IMG/VR virus record: IMGVR_UViG_3300042889_001694
Span: 1-60,573 of that record
Length of the DNA: 60,573 nt
Source of the DNA: a virus
Taxonomy: Duplodnaviria; Caudoviricetes
Strand: one strand, 5' to 3'
Below the pieces are notes generated by a model. That model was given only the letters and a program-made list of their open reading frames with translations, did no database searches and was not told where the DNA came from. Positions within the stretch are counted from its first letter, which is position 1. Each line of letters starts with the position of its first letter. Shown here piece after piece: positions 10,042-19,586 of this stretch. The position numbers were made by a program, and so were the translations under genes.

Positions 10042-10170
10042 TTTTGTAATTACTGGACGAGCATCACAGTGTTTTGACCAAGCAGGCGGATTAGACTCAC
10101 GTGAACAATGTCATGATCGTGTGCACTGGGATAATTATCCCTGGTCAGTCAGCTACAACTACAACAGTCG
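9292..10170 (+). repeat. 20-nt direct repeat AGCTACAACTACAACAGTCG shared by tandem paralogs
   Basis: Identical copies at 9292-9311 and 10151-10170. Confidence 0.85.
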
Positions 10171-10885
10171 CGGATTCAGGGACGCAGAATGGCCGGAAAA
10201 TCTTAAAGATGCTGTGTGGTGCATCGGCGACAGTCAAACTGTGGGTTTTGCCGGGCCATTAGAACATTCTTGGCCCTGGCTATTACAGCAACAGTTGGGA
10301 CGTAGATGTATCAATGTTGCCATGGATGGCGGCAGTAACAACTGGATTGCCCGGCGCACCGTGGATATATTACGCGAAGTTGCGCCAGGGCACATTGTGA
10401 TACACTGGAGTTATTGTCATCGTCGTGAGTCCAGCATAGATCTTGCGCGAGACCAGGCCTGGAAACTGTTTTATAAAAATGTACGTTTACAAACCTGGCC
10501 CGAGTGTGACTGCTATGCGGACTTTGACAGTTTGCCACCGAGTGTTCAACTGGAAGTGTTGCAGCTTCATGGATGGGAACGTTATTGCAATCAGTTGGAT
10601 GAATATCGAAAGATCTATAATATTCGATGCACCGTGGCAGAAGATGATGAGAATTTCCGTCAGTGTGTGAATCTAGTGCAGTCACATGCTGGCAACACTC
10701 GCATCATACACAGTGTGATTCCAGGCTTTGCACCCAGTGACAGCACAGCATCCGCAGTACTAGCACAATGTCAATTTGCAGTGCCCGAATTACCACAACT
10801 GGACTGGGCACGTGACTCGTCGCATTATGATATCAAAACTGCACAGTCCCTGGTCAATCGTTTGCTGCCGTTAATAGCGGAGTAA
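10028..10885 (+). CDS. SGNH-like hypothetical protein, tandem paralog of the previous gene
   Basis: Same motifs: 'YNYNSRGFRD', 'CIGDSQTVG', 'GGSN', 'RDSSH'. Confidence 0.65.
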   Translation: MILNDFVITGRASQCFDQAGGLDSREQCHDRVHWDNYPWSVSYNYNSRGFRDAEWPENLKDAVWCIGDSQTVGFAGPLEHSWPWLLQQQLGRRCINVAMDGGSNNWIARRTVDILREVAPGHIVIHWSYCHRRESSIDLARDQAWKLFYKNVRLQTWPECDCYADFDSLPPSVQLEVLQLHGWERYCNQLDEYRKIYNIRCTVAEDDENFRQCVNLVQSHAGNTRIIHSVIPGFAPSDSTASAVLAQCQFAVPELPQLDWARDSSHYDIKTAQSLVNRLLPLIAE

Positions 10886-12017
10886 CTGTTGCGGAGTTAT
10901 CCAGGGCCAAATTAGCAGTCCAAACTGCTTTTTCAGCTTGTGTTTGCTCGTCCATTGTGCTATCGGTGTATGGTTGACCCAGGTCAGGATTGTCCACAAT
11001 CCAAGTATTGTACACCTGGACCAGTTGATCAAAATTCTTTACAATATATTTCTTTTCGGCAAAAGTCTGCTTTTTGATAGGCAACCCTCCCACCAGAATG
11101 TTTAGCTTGTGCATTAACGCCAGGCTTTGATTGGTTTTGACAAAGTTCTTGACATGGTGCACAAGGAACTCACGCTGTGCTTCTGGCAGAAAGTTCACAA
11201 TTTGCTTGGTATGATATTGCACCACTGCACTGGATGTGTCAGATCTAAGTTCTCGAGTCAACTGCAAGAAATTTTCTTTATGATCCAGGGCCAAGCTGCC
11301 AATGTCACTAGTGAGTCTATGACAGCGATTCCAGTCTGCAAATTCAATGTTGTATGTGTCCTTCCAGGTCACACGCTTCGCTTGATTGGAAAATATTGGC
11401 AAATTAAGAATATATTGTTCAATATTGGGCAAGTGTTGTTCGTATTCAAAATAACTTGATACCCTAAAATGGCTATCAGCCCAGCTGATGTATTGCTTGT
11501 AAGCATTTAAATGAAACAAAATAGCGTTGGGATCCAGCTCCACAGGGTTCTTGTAAAAATCAAAATAACTGTTGATTTTTTCCTGTGCTGAGTACACGTT
11601 GAGTCGTCGTGCCAGAGTGTTTAGTCCATGACTAATGGCATTTTCAAATATGTTCTTTCTACGGCAGCTGATGATAAAAAAATTGTCATTTAGATATTGA
11701 TAAAATGGTACTTGTTGATCAATTGAATCATTTCGCAGCCGTATGTGTGACATGGCCAAGCGTGATGTTTTGTAATGATCCACACTGCTTAGTAGGTTAA
11801 CAATCTCTTCAAGACTTTGATAATAGCCCCATTTGTCATTCTTTTTGCCCAGCAACTCTCTGTTGAATTCGGGACTGTAGTATTTTACAATGCCATTGGT
11901 TAACTCATGCAGATTGATCACAGGCTGATCAAACTTGTGAAACTGCATGTAAATTGTGATTAATCGTTGTAATAATGTGCTGCCTACAGCATCGGGCGTG
12001 AGTAAAAGTACATTCAT
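10854..12017 (-). CDS. Sulfotransferase-like hypothetical protein
   Basis: 'LLLTPDAVGSTLLQRLI', 'LHE', 'RRKNIFENAIS', 'YE' follow the sulfotransferase-fold order. Confidence 0.55.
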   Translation of the reverse strand: MNVLLLTPDAVGSTLLQRLITIYMQFHKFDQPVINLHELTNGIVKYYSPEFNRELLGKKNDKWGYYQSLEEIVNLLSSVDHYKTSRLAMSHIRLRNDSIDQQVPFYQYLNDNFFIISCRRKNIFENAISHGLNTLARRLNVYSAQEKINSYFDFYKNPVELDPNAILFHLNAYKQYISWADSHFRVSSYFEYEQHLPNIEQYILNLPIFSNQAKRVTWKDTYNIEFADWNRCHRLTSDIGSLALDHKENFLQLTRELRSDTSSAVVQYHTKQIVNFLPEAQREFLVHHVKNFVKTNQSLALMHKLNILVGGLPIKKQTFAEKKYIVKNFDQLVQVYNTWIVDNPDLGQPYTDSTMDEQTQAEKAVWTANLALDNSATVTPLLTAAND

Positions 12018-12108
12018 AACAGTACTTATTGTGCGACCCGTTGCAGGGCAAATATCAACTGCTGTTTGAGACCATGTGTTGCTAAATACTCATACACAAG
12101 GATACTGT

Positions 12109-12738
12109 ATGAGCGTGAACTTTACACAACAACAATTATCACAAATAGTCCAGGGCAATCCACATATTGATCACTGGTACGAAGCCCTGTCAGAAATTCT
12201 GCCAGAATATGAAATTAATACCACACCACGTGTTGCCATGTTCTTGGCCCAGTGTGCACACGAAAGTGGCAATTTTCGAGCCATCAAAGAAAACTTGAAT
12301 TATCGTGCGCCCAGTTTGAGAAAACTGTTTCCCAAGTATTTCCCCGATGATGCCTTGGCTGCTCGTTATGCCAGCTTGCCTAACAAACAAGAAGCCATTG
12401 CCAACAGAATCTATGCTAATAGAATGGGCAACGGTGACGAAGCGTCTGGCGACGGATATCGCTATTGTGGACGCGGCCTAATTCAACTCACTGGCAAAAA
12501 CAACTACACCTTGTTTGCTGGTAGCCTGGGCATACCTGTGGAAGAGTGTGCTGACTATTTGTCCACATTTGAGGGAGCTGTGCAAAGCGCCTGCTGGTTC
12601 TGGGAAACAAACAACCTAAACAAGTGGGCCGACGCTGGAGATGTGCTCACTGCAACCAAACGTATCAATGGTGGCACCATTGGTCTTGAAGATCGCATCA
12701 AGCATTACAATCATGCATTGCATGTACTAGGAGAATAA
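12109..12738 (+). CDS. Glycoside hydrolase family 19 endolysin
   Basis: 'FLAQCAHESG', 'ENLNY', 'GRGLIQLTGKNNY', 'TKRINGG'. Confidence 0.93.
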   Translation: MSVNFTQQQLSQIVQGNPHIDHWYEALSEILPEYEINTTPRVAMFLAQCAHESGNFRAIKENLNYRAPSLRKLFPKYFPDDALAARYASLPNKQEAIANRIYANRMGNGDEASGDGYRYCGRGLIQLTGKNNYTLFAGSLGIPVEECADYLSTFEGAVQSACWFWETNNLNKWADAGDVLTATKRINGGTIGLEDRIKHYNHALHVLGE

Positions 12739-12741
12739 ACT

Positions 12742-12861
12742 ATGTTGGAAACACTATTTTGGTTGGCCCTGGGCGCATTTGTTGGATGGAATTTTCCTCA
12801 ACCTGAATTTGCCAAACGCATACAAACTCGAGTCATGACCCTGTTCAAAAAGGATCAGTAA
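12742..12861 (+). CDS. 39-aa membrane peptide (not in ORF track)
   Basis: MLETLFWLALGAFVGWNFPQPEFAKRIQTRVMTLFKKDQ; SD AGGAG upstream; one hydrophobic segment. Confidence 0.7.
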   Translation: MLETLFWLALGAFVGWNFPQPEFAKRIQTRVMTLFKKDQ

Positions 12862-12893
12862 TGCGCAATTTTAAACGGCTGTTGTTTTAATCT

Positions 12894-13370
12894 ATGTGGA
12901 TACTGCACTTTTTACCTGACGGATTGCTAGAGTTTGTGATCAACAGCCTGCTGTTTGTTGGGCTCACGATGACAATTCTCACAGTATTTGTCATCAATAG
13001 ATTGCTGCTTTGGTTTCCGGCAATTGCCAGTTACTATCGTGTGATTCAAGTGCTCAGCGTGGCTGTGTTCTTGCTGGCTGTGTATCTCAAAGGCGGATAC
13101 ACTACAGAGATGGCCTGGCGCGAGCGTGTGTCTGAAGTTGAAGCCAAACTCAAAAAGGCCGAACAAGAGTCGGCTAGTGAAAATGTTCGTATAGACACCA
13201 AGATAGTCACACGTACTCAGGTGGTTCGCGAAAAGGGACAAGAAGTTATTCGTTATGTTGACAGAGAAATTGTCAAATACGATATAAAATTTGCACCAGG
13301 TGGCCAATGTGAAATTCCTGAAGAATTTATCAAGGCACATAATGATGCAGCGGAGGCGCCACGAAAATGA
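12894..13370 (+). CDS. Probable i-spanin (Rz-like)
   Basis: N-terminal TM segments, coiled-coil, single C-terminal Cys; lies after the endolysin and overlaps a lipoprotein gene. Confidence 0.7.
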   Translation: MWILHFLPDGLLEFVINSLLFVGLTMTILTVFVINRLLLWFPAIASYYRVIQVLSVAVFLLAVYLKGGYTTEMAWRERVSEVEAKLKKAEQESASENVRIDTKIVTRTQVVREKGQEVIRYVDREIVKYDIKFAPGGQCEIPEEFIKAHNDAAEAPRK

Positions 13371-13636
13371 AATATCCACTGTTGTTGACTGTTGTTTTGC
13401 TGGGTGGTTGTGCTACATCTGTGCCCATAACAGCAAAGTTTCCCGACCCACCTGGAAAAATGGCAACGGAACGATGCCCCAATTTAAAAAAATTAAATGA
13501 AAAACCTGTGCTGAGTGATATTGCTCGCACTGTGACAGAAAATTACACATCATATTATGAATGCGCTGTCAAAGCTGACGCTTGGCAAGAATGGTATGAA
13601 GTACAAAAAAGAATTTTTGAAGGAACTACAAAATGA
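13367..13636 (+). CDS. Probable o-spanin lipoprotein (Rz1-like)
   Basis: Lipobox 'LLGGC', Pro-rich linker, two further Cys. Confidence 0.75.
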   Translation: MKYPLLLTVVLLGGCATSVPITAKFPDPPGKMATERCPNLKKLNEKPVLSDIARTVTENYTSYYECAVKADAWQEWYEVQKRIFEGTTK

Positions 13637-13821
13637 CAACCCCTACCACTACCCGTGTTGATTTTAATACCAATGCCGCTGACATAATACAAAAATTTGA
13701 AAGCGGTGTAACCAATGAAGAGTTATTGGAACAACAACGGCAAGCCAGTGTGCCATTTCCGGGTACAGTGACATTTATACTTGCTGATCGTTTGCCTGGT
13801 CAGCAAGTGACCAAACCGTGA
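13633..13821 (+). CDS. Small hypothetical protein
   Basis: ATGA overlap with the previous gene; SD AAGGA. Confidence 0.55.
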   Translation: MTTPTTTRVDFNTNAADIIQKFESGVTNEELLEQQRQASVPFPGTVTFILADRLPGQQVTKP

Positions 13822-13842
13822 TCCAATGTTTAAGGAGCTAGC

Positions 13843-14409
13843 ATGAGCGAAAAAGAATATACTAAACTAAGTGACAGCGAAAAGAAAAAAGAAGACTGGA
13901 TGAACTCAAAATGGCGTCCCATGATGGGATGGACCTACATGCTGACTTGTGTGGCTGACTTTGTGCTGTTTCCCATATTGTGGAGCCTGTTGCAAGCTGT
14001 GAGCAAGGGGCAAGTTAACATACAGTGGCAACCCATAACCTTGCAAGGTGCAGGCCTGTTTCACATTGCCATGGGCGCTGTGCTAGGTATTGCGGCTTAT
14101 GGGCGCACACAAGAAAAACTAGGAGGAGCAAACAATGGCGGAATTAACTTACCATCAAATGTCGGCACAACATATACGCCGCCTAGCGCAATCCAACAGC
14201 CCGGAGCCGGTGGCTTTGGTACAACAAGTTCAGGATACGGAGCAGTCCCGACGACAGCAGGCTTTGGCGGAAATACAGGCTTTGGAGCGGCAACGTCTGG
14301 GTCTATCGGTGCCGGACCAGGATGGGGAACACCCCCAACAACAGTAACAGTGACCACTGGCTGGGGCGGCAAGAAGGTTGTGCCCCAACAAGATGATCCA
14401 TTGATTTAA
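13843..14409 (+). CDS. Probable holin with low-complexity Gly/Thr-rich tail
   Basis: 'WRPMMGW' + TM segments + 'LGIAAYGRTQEK', typical of phage holin-like membrane proteins; lysis context; SD AAGGAG. Confidence 0.65.
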   Translation: MSEKEYTKLSDSEKKKEDWMNSKWRPMMGWTYMLTCVADFVLFPILWSLLQAVSKGQVNIQWQPITLQGAGLFHIAMGAVLGIAAYGRTQEKLGGANNGGINLPSNVGTTYTPPSAIQQPGAGGFGTTSSGYGAVPTTAGFGGNTGFGAATSGSIGAGPGWGTPPTTVTVTTGWGGKKVVPQQDDPLI

Positions 14410-14421
14410 AGGAAAAATAAC

Positions 14422-14640
14422 ATGAAACATATTATATTCGTAGCAGGTTTGTGTTTGACTCTGGCACAGCCAGTGGCAGCACAAGAGCCCAAAAAAGAAA
14501 CTGTAACAGTCTGCATTGATGTGCAGGGCAAGGATGGTAAACCAGTGATTGATCCAAAAACTGGCAAACCCAAACAGGACTGCAAAGTAATGAAAAAGCA
14601 CAAAAAGCACGAAGGCACAGCTATTCCAGAAAAGAAATAA
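14422..14640 (+). CDS. Small secreted protein
   Basis: Signal peptide, Cys pair, Lys-rich; SD AAGGA. Confidence 0.7.
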   Translation: MKHIIFVAGLCLTLAQPVAAQEPKKETVTVCIDVQGKDGKPVIDPKTGKPKQDCKVMKKHKKHEGTAIPEKK

Positions 14641-14645
14641 TTTGC

Positions 14646-14674
14646 TTGACACATAATAAAAGACCTTGTATAAT
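14646..14674 (+). promoter_or_regulatory. Consensus sigma70-type (early) promoter
   Basis: TTGACA (14646-51), 17-nt spacer, TATAAT (14669-74). Confidence 0.85.
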
Positions 14675-14692
14675 ACTGTACAAGGTCTTTTT
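14658..14692. terminator. Perfect 13-bp inverted repeat; likely bidirectional intrinsic terminator
   Basis: AAAAGACCTTGTA-taatactg-TACAAGGTCTTTT directly after the lysis cassette. Confidence 0.7.
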
Positions 14693-14708
14693 CACTAACG
14701 GATTACAA

Positions 14709-14945
14709 ATGACTGCTGTTGCACTAGCGTTATCAATCACTCAACGAGATCAAGTGCTGTATTACGAAACTGGGTTCGAACAGTTGCACCCAATCCCACC
14801 AATTCATGACTGGATGACACAATTGGGACACGAATACTATCGTGACTGGCGTTGCAAAAGGCAGTTGAGTAACGACCATGATCAATATGTAATTGAATTC
14901 CCCAACAGTCATGTCATGAACATGTTTATGCTGAAATGGCTGTGA
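14709..14945 (+). CDS. Small hypothetical protein with C-terminal FxLxW motif
   Basis: ATG downstream of the promoter; ends 'MFMLKWL'. Confidence 0.65.
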   Translation: MTAVALALSITQRDQVLYYETGFEQLHPIPPIHDWMTQLGHEYYRDWRCKRQLSNDHDQYVIEFPNSHVMNMFMLKWL

Positions 14946-14948
14946 GAC

Positions 14949-15173
14949 ATGACTGATATATTGCAACACTGGAAAGAAAATCGGTTTGTTATTGCAGGCA
15001 GAGACTTGACAGATGATGAATGCCTGGTTATATTGACAGACATATCGTACTGGTCTGAACACATGGATACATTAACTGCTTGGTGCCATGATCGTGACGC
15101 TGTGACCGCAGGTATGACCGTGACTTTTGGTAGTGAACGTACTCTGACAGAGTTTTTGTTGAGGTGGTCGTGA
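14949..15173 (+). CDS. Small hypothetical protein with C-terminal FxLxW motif
   Basis: Ends 'EFLLRWS'; tightly packed operon. Confidence 0.7.
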   Translation: MTDILQHWKENRFVIAGRDLTDDECLVILTDISYWSEHMDTLTAWCHDRDAVTAGMTVTFGSERTLTEFLLRWS

Positions 15174-15538
15174 AAAGCTGTTTTGTTCTCAATGATCTGC
15201 CCAATGGTGAGTGGTCAGTGTGTTGGCCCGGCTATGAACGCAATGTGGTAAACGACCCCGGTAAAGCTCTTGCTCTGTTGGAAATCATGTTTGAACATGT
15301 GGGTGTGGATGAAGCCATGATTGGAGTGCAACAATCTGGGCGTGACAATGACTGGCAGACCTGGCATATTTCCGGCATCCTGTGGCTGGAGGAACACAGT
15401 CGTCGACACTTGGCTGAACGACTGGCTGGATACACAATCCCAGGAGTGAAGTTTCGAGATCAGTACGAAGCTGAAAAATTCAAAACTCACATGGAACAAC
15501 GACTGGCCTGGAAGCAACTGGGAGGTGTTTGGGAGTGA
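15170..15538 (+). CDS. Hypothetical protein
   Basis: GTGA overlap with the previous gene. Confidence 0.65.
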   Translation: MKSCFVLNDLPNGEWSVCWPGYERNVVNDPGKALALLEIMFEHVGVDEAMIGVQQSGRDNDWQTWHISGILWLEEHSRRHLAERLAGYTIPGVKFRDQYEAEKFKTHMEQRLAWKQLGGVWE

Positions 15539-15580
15539 CAGATATATCCAGTTGTCTACTGTTAGATAATAATTACTAGC

Positions 15581-16378
15581 ATGAGAGATCTTTACACAGT
15601 GCTGGGAGTTGCAAAAGCCGCAACAGGCGACGAAATCAAGCGAGCATATCGCCGCTTGGCCAGTCAGCATCATCCAGACAAGGGTGGCGACACTGGCAAG
15701 TTTCAGGAAATAGAAGAAGCATATCGTATACTAAGCGATCCTGCACAACGCCAGCAGTATGATAACCCTAGCCCGTTTGGGCACAACCCTGCTGGCGGGT
15801 GGCAACAAGCTGGAAACCCATTTGATTTCAACAATATATTTGAAATGTTTGGAACCAAGTTTCAGGACCCAACACAACGATCAGCATCTGCTAGACTGAC
15901 ATTATGGGTCACTCTAGAGGATGTTGCCACTGGTGGCGAGCGTGTGATATCGGTTAGCACTCGGCAGGGATCAGCTAACGTGGCAATCAATATTGTTCAG
16001 GGCCTCGATGATGGGGACACTGTGCGTTATGCAGGTGCCGGACCGGGCGGTGTTGACCTTGTGATTACCTTTAGAATTCATCCACATGCGCGGTGGCAAC
16101 GAGATCATGATGTGCTGGTGTGTGATATTGTGTGCAATGTCTGGGATCTAATTCTGGGAGCAGACATCACTGTCAGTACCATTACTGGTGACTCCTTGAG
16201 CGTGGTATTACCTCCCAATTCACAACCAGGCACCATGATGCGAGTACGAGGGCATGGCATGCCAAGAAAAAATCAACCCGGGCAACGCAGTGACATGATG
16301 TTGCGGATCCAAGCACAGATACCCAGAGCTATATCCCCTGATCTGCTAGATCGTATACGGCAAGAGCGCGGCAAATAA
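15581..16378 (+). CDS. dnaJ: DnaJ/CbpA-type co-chaperone (no Zn finger)
   Basis: J-domain with HPD ('HHPDKGG'), G/F region, C-terminal substrate domain; no CxxCxGxG repeats. Confidence 0.9.
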   Translation: MRDLYTVLGVAKAATGDEIKRAYRRLASQHHPDKGGDTGKFQEIEEAYRILSDPAQRQQYDNPSPFGHNPAGGWQQAGNPFDFNNIFEMFGTKFQDPTQRSASARLTLWVTLEDVATGGERVISVSTRQGSANVAINIVQGLDDGDTVRYAGAGPGGVDLVITFRIHPHARWQRDHDVLVCDIVCNVWDLILGADITVSTITGDSLSVVLPPNSQPGTMMRVRGHGMPRKNQPGQRSDMMLRIQAQIPRAISPDLLDRIRQERGK

Positions 16379-16393
16379 ATATCAGTGCAACCA

Positions 16394-16422
16394 TTGCGAT
16401 ACCACAGTGTGTAGTGTATAAT
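16394..16422 (+). promoter_or_regulatory. sigma70-type promoter for clpA
   Basis: TTGCGA-N17-TATAAT. Confidence 0.65.
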
Positions 16423-16447
16423 AACAATATGTCTTTCAAGGAAACAA

Positions 16448-18718
16448 ATGCAGAACAACCCCGAAATTGAGCAGATCATTGACAACGCAGTTCGGATTGC
16501 TAAAGATAAACATCACAAATATGTGTTAACTGAACACCTATTGGCCAGTATGTTAACATACGACCCTTTTAAAAATGTACTGGTTAAATTTGGCGCAGAC
16601 ATTGATACCCTCTCCAAGGAATTGGATGCGTATCTGGCCAGCCTAACAGGACTAGAACTGCACGATGAAGATCTACAACCTCGCAAGACCAACGCACTTG
16701 AGCGAGTGTTCAATCGTGCACTAACACAGGTGCTGTTCACTGGTCGACGCACAGTTACCACAGCTGATTTGTATCTGTCAATCATGGGCGAAACAAATAG
16801 CCATGCACATTATTTCATGCTCAAGTATGGCATCAACAAGATTGAGTTTGTCAAGTTCTGGGAACAGAACTACAATCATCGTGATGTAAAAATTACTGAT
16901 CAACAGGCTACTGAAATCCTACAAGAGTTTTGTACCAATGTAACTGAGTTGGCTCAGCAAGACAGCCTGGAACCAGTGATTGGTCGAGATCACGACATCA
17001 GCGAAATGATTGCTGTGTTGGCTCGTCGATTCAAGGCCAACGTATTGTTGGTAGGCGATCCAGGTGTGGGAAAAACTGCTTTGATCGAGGGCTTGGCCAC
17101 TCGTATTGCTCGCAACGATGTGCCAGAATTCCTCAAAGGCAACGAAGTGTGGAGCTTGGAAATTGGATCATTGCTGGCTGGCAGCAAGTATCGTGGGGAG
17201 TTTGAGGACAAGCTCAAACAGATCATTGCTGCCTTGGAGGCCAAGAAAAACTGTGTGTTGTTCATTGATGAGGCACACACCATGCGTGGTGCAGGATCAT
17301 CGGGACAGAGCAGCTTGGACTTTGCCAACATGATCAAACCTGCCATTACCAAGGGTGTGCTCAAGGTTGTGGCCAGTACCACCTGGGAAGAGTATTACGA
17401 AAGCTTTGAGAAGGATCGTGCACTGATGCGCAGATTCCATAGACTCACAGTTGACGAGCCCAACAATGAAGTTACTGAACAAATCCTTATTGGCTTGAGT
17501 CCAAGACTTGAGAAGTTTCACAATGTCATGATCGACACTGATGCTATCATAGCCGCAGTTGAACTCAGTGCTCGTTACATTCATGACAAAAAGAATCCGG
17601 ATAAATCAATTGATCTAATAGATTCAGCATCAGCACGTGAACGTGTGCGCGATTCAGCACAGCCAATCACTATTACTCGTGCGTTGATTCTAGCACAAGT
17701 CAGTAGGGCCACTGGTGTTCCCATGGATCATCTTGAGAATGCCAAGGAAAATACTCGCATTGTTGAGCTTGAAAGCAATATCAAACAACGACTGCACGGA
17801 CAAGACCAAGTGGTTGACACTGTGCTGGATCGTGTGTATGTGAGCTTTGCCGGCATTGGTAATGGCAAGAAACCCATGAGCAGTTTCTTGTTCCTGGGAC
17901 CAACTGGTACAGGCAAGACTGAACTGGCTCGGTTATTGAGTGAACACCTGGATATGAAATTGCTCAAATATGACATGAGTGAGTATCAGGAAAAACACAC
18001 TGTGTCGGGCTTGATTGGTGCTCCCCCGGGCTATGTGGGGTTTGAAGACGGTAACCTAAGTGGTGGCCGATTGATTTCAGACCTTAGCAAGAATCCCTTC
18101 AGCATTGTGTTGTTTGACGAGATTGAAAAAGCACACCCAGATGTCAGTAACATCTTGTTGCAGATGCTGGACGAAGGCCGTATTACAGGCTCAAATGGCA
18201 AAACAGTTGACTGCAAGAATACCATTGTTATCATGACCAGTAACCTGGGCGCACGTGATAATGAAAGCAACAACATTGGTTTTGGACAAAGCCTAGAACG
18301 GCAGGGCAGTGAGGACAAAGCAGTTAAAGATTTCTTCAAGCCCGAACTGCGCAACCGTATTGATGTGATTTGCAAGTTTGGTAAATTGGATACACTGGCC
18401 ATTAAAAAGATTGTGGTCAAGTTTATCGAAGAGGTCAAGGTCAGTCTAACAGCCAAGAACATTCGTTTGAATCTAACCGAATCTGCAATTGAATTCCTGG
18501 CAGCTCAAGGATATGATAGCAAAATGGGGGCTAGACCCCTGGCTCGTAAAATTGATGAATTGATCCGTGTGCCACTGAGCAAGCGTATTTTGTTTGAGAA
18601 ACTACAGGACATCACAGTCACATGTGATCTAGTGGGCGATGCATTGCAGTTTCATCTGTCCTCCCCAGTTGAAGTTATCCCCAAGGTAGATGCCAATGGC
18701 TTCATTGTTGTTGAGTAA
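16448..18718 (+). CDS. clpA: ClpA-like ATP-dependent Clp protease ATPase subunit
   Basis: Clp N-domain; two AAA+ modules (GDPGVGKT, GPTGTGKT); 'GSKYRGEFE', 'GAPPGYVGF'; IGF loop 'NNIGFG'; no ClpB-length middle domain. Confidence 0.9.
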   Translation: MQNNPEIEQIIDNAVRIAKDKHHKYVLTEHLLASMLTYDPFKNVLVKFGADIDTLSKELDAYLASLTGLELHDEDLQPRKTNALERVFNRALTQVLFTGRRTVTTADLYLSIMGETNSHAHYFMLKYGINKIEFVKFWEQNYNHRDVKITDQQATEILQEFCTNVTELAQQDSLEPVIGRDHDISEMIAVLARRFKANVLLVGDPGVGKTALIEGLATRIARNDVPEFLKGNEVWSLEIGSLLAGSKYRGEFEDKLKQIIAALEAKKNCVLFIDEAHTMRGAGSSGQSSLDFANMIKPAITKGVLKVVASTTWEEYYESFEKDRALMRRFHRLTVDEPNNEVTEQILIGLSPRLEKFHNVMIDTDAIIAAVELSARYIHDKKNPDKSIDLIDSASARERVRDSAQPITITRALILAQVSRATGVPMDHLENAKENTRIVELESNIKQRLHGQDQVVDTVLDRVYVSFAGIGNGKKPMSSFLFLGPTGTGKTELARLLSEHLDMKLLKYDMSEYQEKHTVSGLIGAPPGYVGFEDGNLSGGRLISDLSKNPFSIVLFDEIEKAHPDVSNILLQMLDEGRITGSNGKTVDCKNTIVIMTSNLGARDNESNNIGFGQSLERQGSEDKAVKDFFKPELRNRIDVICKFGKLDTLAIKKIVVKFIEEVKVSLTAKNIRLNLTESAIEFLAAQGYDSKMGARPLARKIDELIRVPLSKRILFEKLQDITVTCDLVGDALQFHLSSPVEVIPKVDANGFIVVE

Positions 18719-19415
18719 CAAAATCTCAGTTGAACCTAGAACTGGCGACAAACTGTTCTATGATCAGTACAGATACTCGCTGTCATTCCGACTGGAACGA
18801 TGTAGTACACTGAGGGATCTGCCAGACAATATTGAAACTGCATATCAAACCATCAAGGATCGACTGGCCTGGCGGCAACGAGTATACAATCCCGGGGGCA
18901 ACTGGAATTCCACCAGGCAGACCGAGGCAGAAAATCAAATAGCTCTTGATCGATTGATAGAGTTTGTGAATTGTATTCACCCGGCTCGCGCACAATTGCA
19001 TTTGGTAGTGTCTGTTGACTGGGGATATGTGTACACAAACGATCTTGACATTCTAAACAAGATTGCATCGTTACCGTGTATCATGTCACCTCAGGCCAAA
19101 GAAGCTGTTATTGATCGACCGCGCAACTCCTTGGTATTGCGTGAATCTGCACATGCCAATCGTAGCTATTTCAAAGAGCGTTGGATTTCAACTGATACCA
19201 GGATTGCACTGCGAAATTTTTTGTCTGTACAGGAAGATATCAAGCTGGGCCCTAGTTTTAAAACCATGTTAAATGATGCCGGGCGCCCAACTAGATTACG
19301 TTCACTCTTGGCAAGACATCACTTTTTTGACCACAACGGAGGCAAGATTCCTTTTATGTTGGAACTGGTCGCCCCTGGGTTAATTCGCTGTACAGTTTCG
19401 GTATTAACTAAATAA
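18690..19415 (+). CDS. Hypothetical protein
   Basis: 241-aa ORF overlapping the clpA end. Confidence 0.7.
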   Translation: MPMASLLLSNKISVEPRTGDKLFYDQYRYSLSFRLERCSTLRDLPDNIETAYQTIKDRLAWRQRVYNPGGNWNSTRQTEAENQIALDRLIEFVNCIHPARAQLHLVVSVDWGYVYTNDLDILNKIASLPCIMSPQAKEAVIDRPRNSLVLRESAHANRSYFKERWISTDTRIALRNFLSVQEDIKLGPSFKTMLNDAGRPTRLRSLLARHHFFDHNGGKIPFMLELVAPGLIRCTVSVLTK

Positions 19416-19421
19416 TACACT

Positions 19422-19586
19422 ATGGCAAAAATACACGAAGAAGTAGTTGTGATCAAACTCTCAAAACTGATCAAAGATAACGACACTGTTGGCGTTCTTG
19501 CTGACTCTGATGTCGTGACAGCATTACAATCTGTAGCTGAAGAGTTACTGGGCGCTGGTATAGTTGTAGAAGTGGACAAGGCGTAA
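19422..19586 (+). CDS. 54-aa hypothetical protein (not in ORF track)
   Basis: MAKIHEEVVVIKLSKLIKD...GIVVEVDKA; TAAATA 7 nt upstream; TAATG overlap with the next gene. Confidence 0.75.
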   Translation: MAKIHEEVVVIKLSKLIKDNDTVGVLADSDVVTALQSVAEELLGAGIVVEVDKA

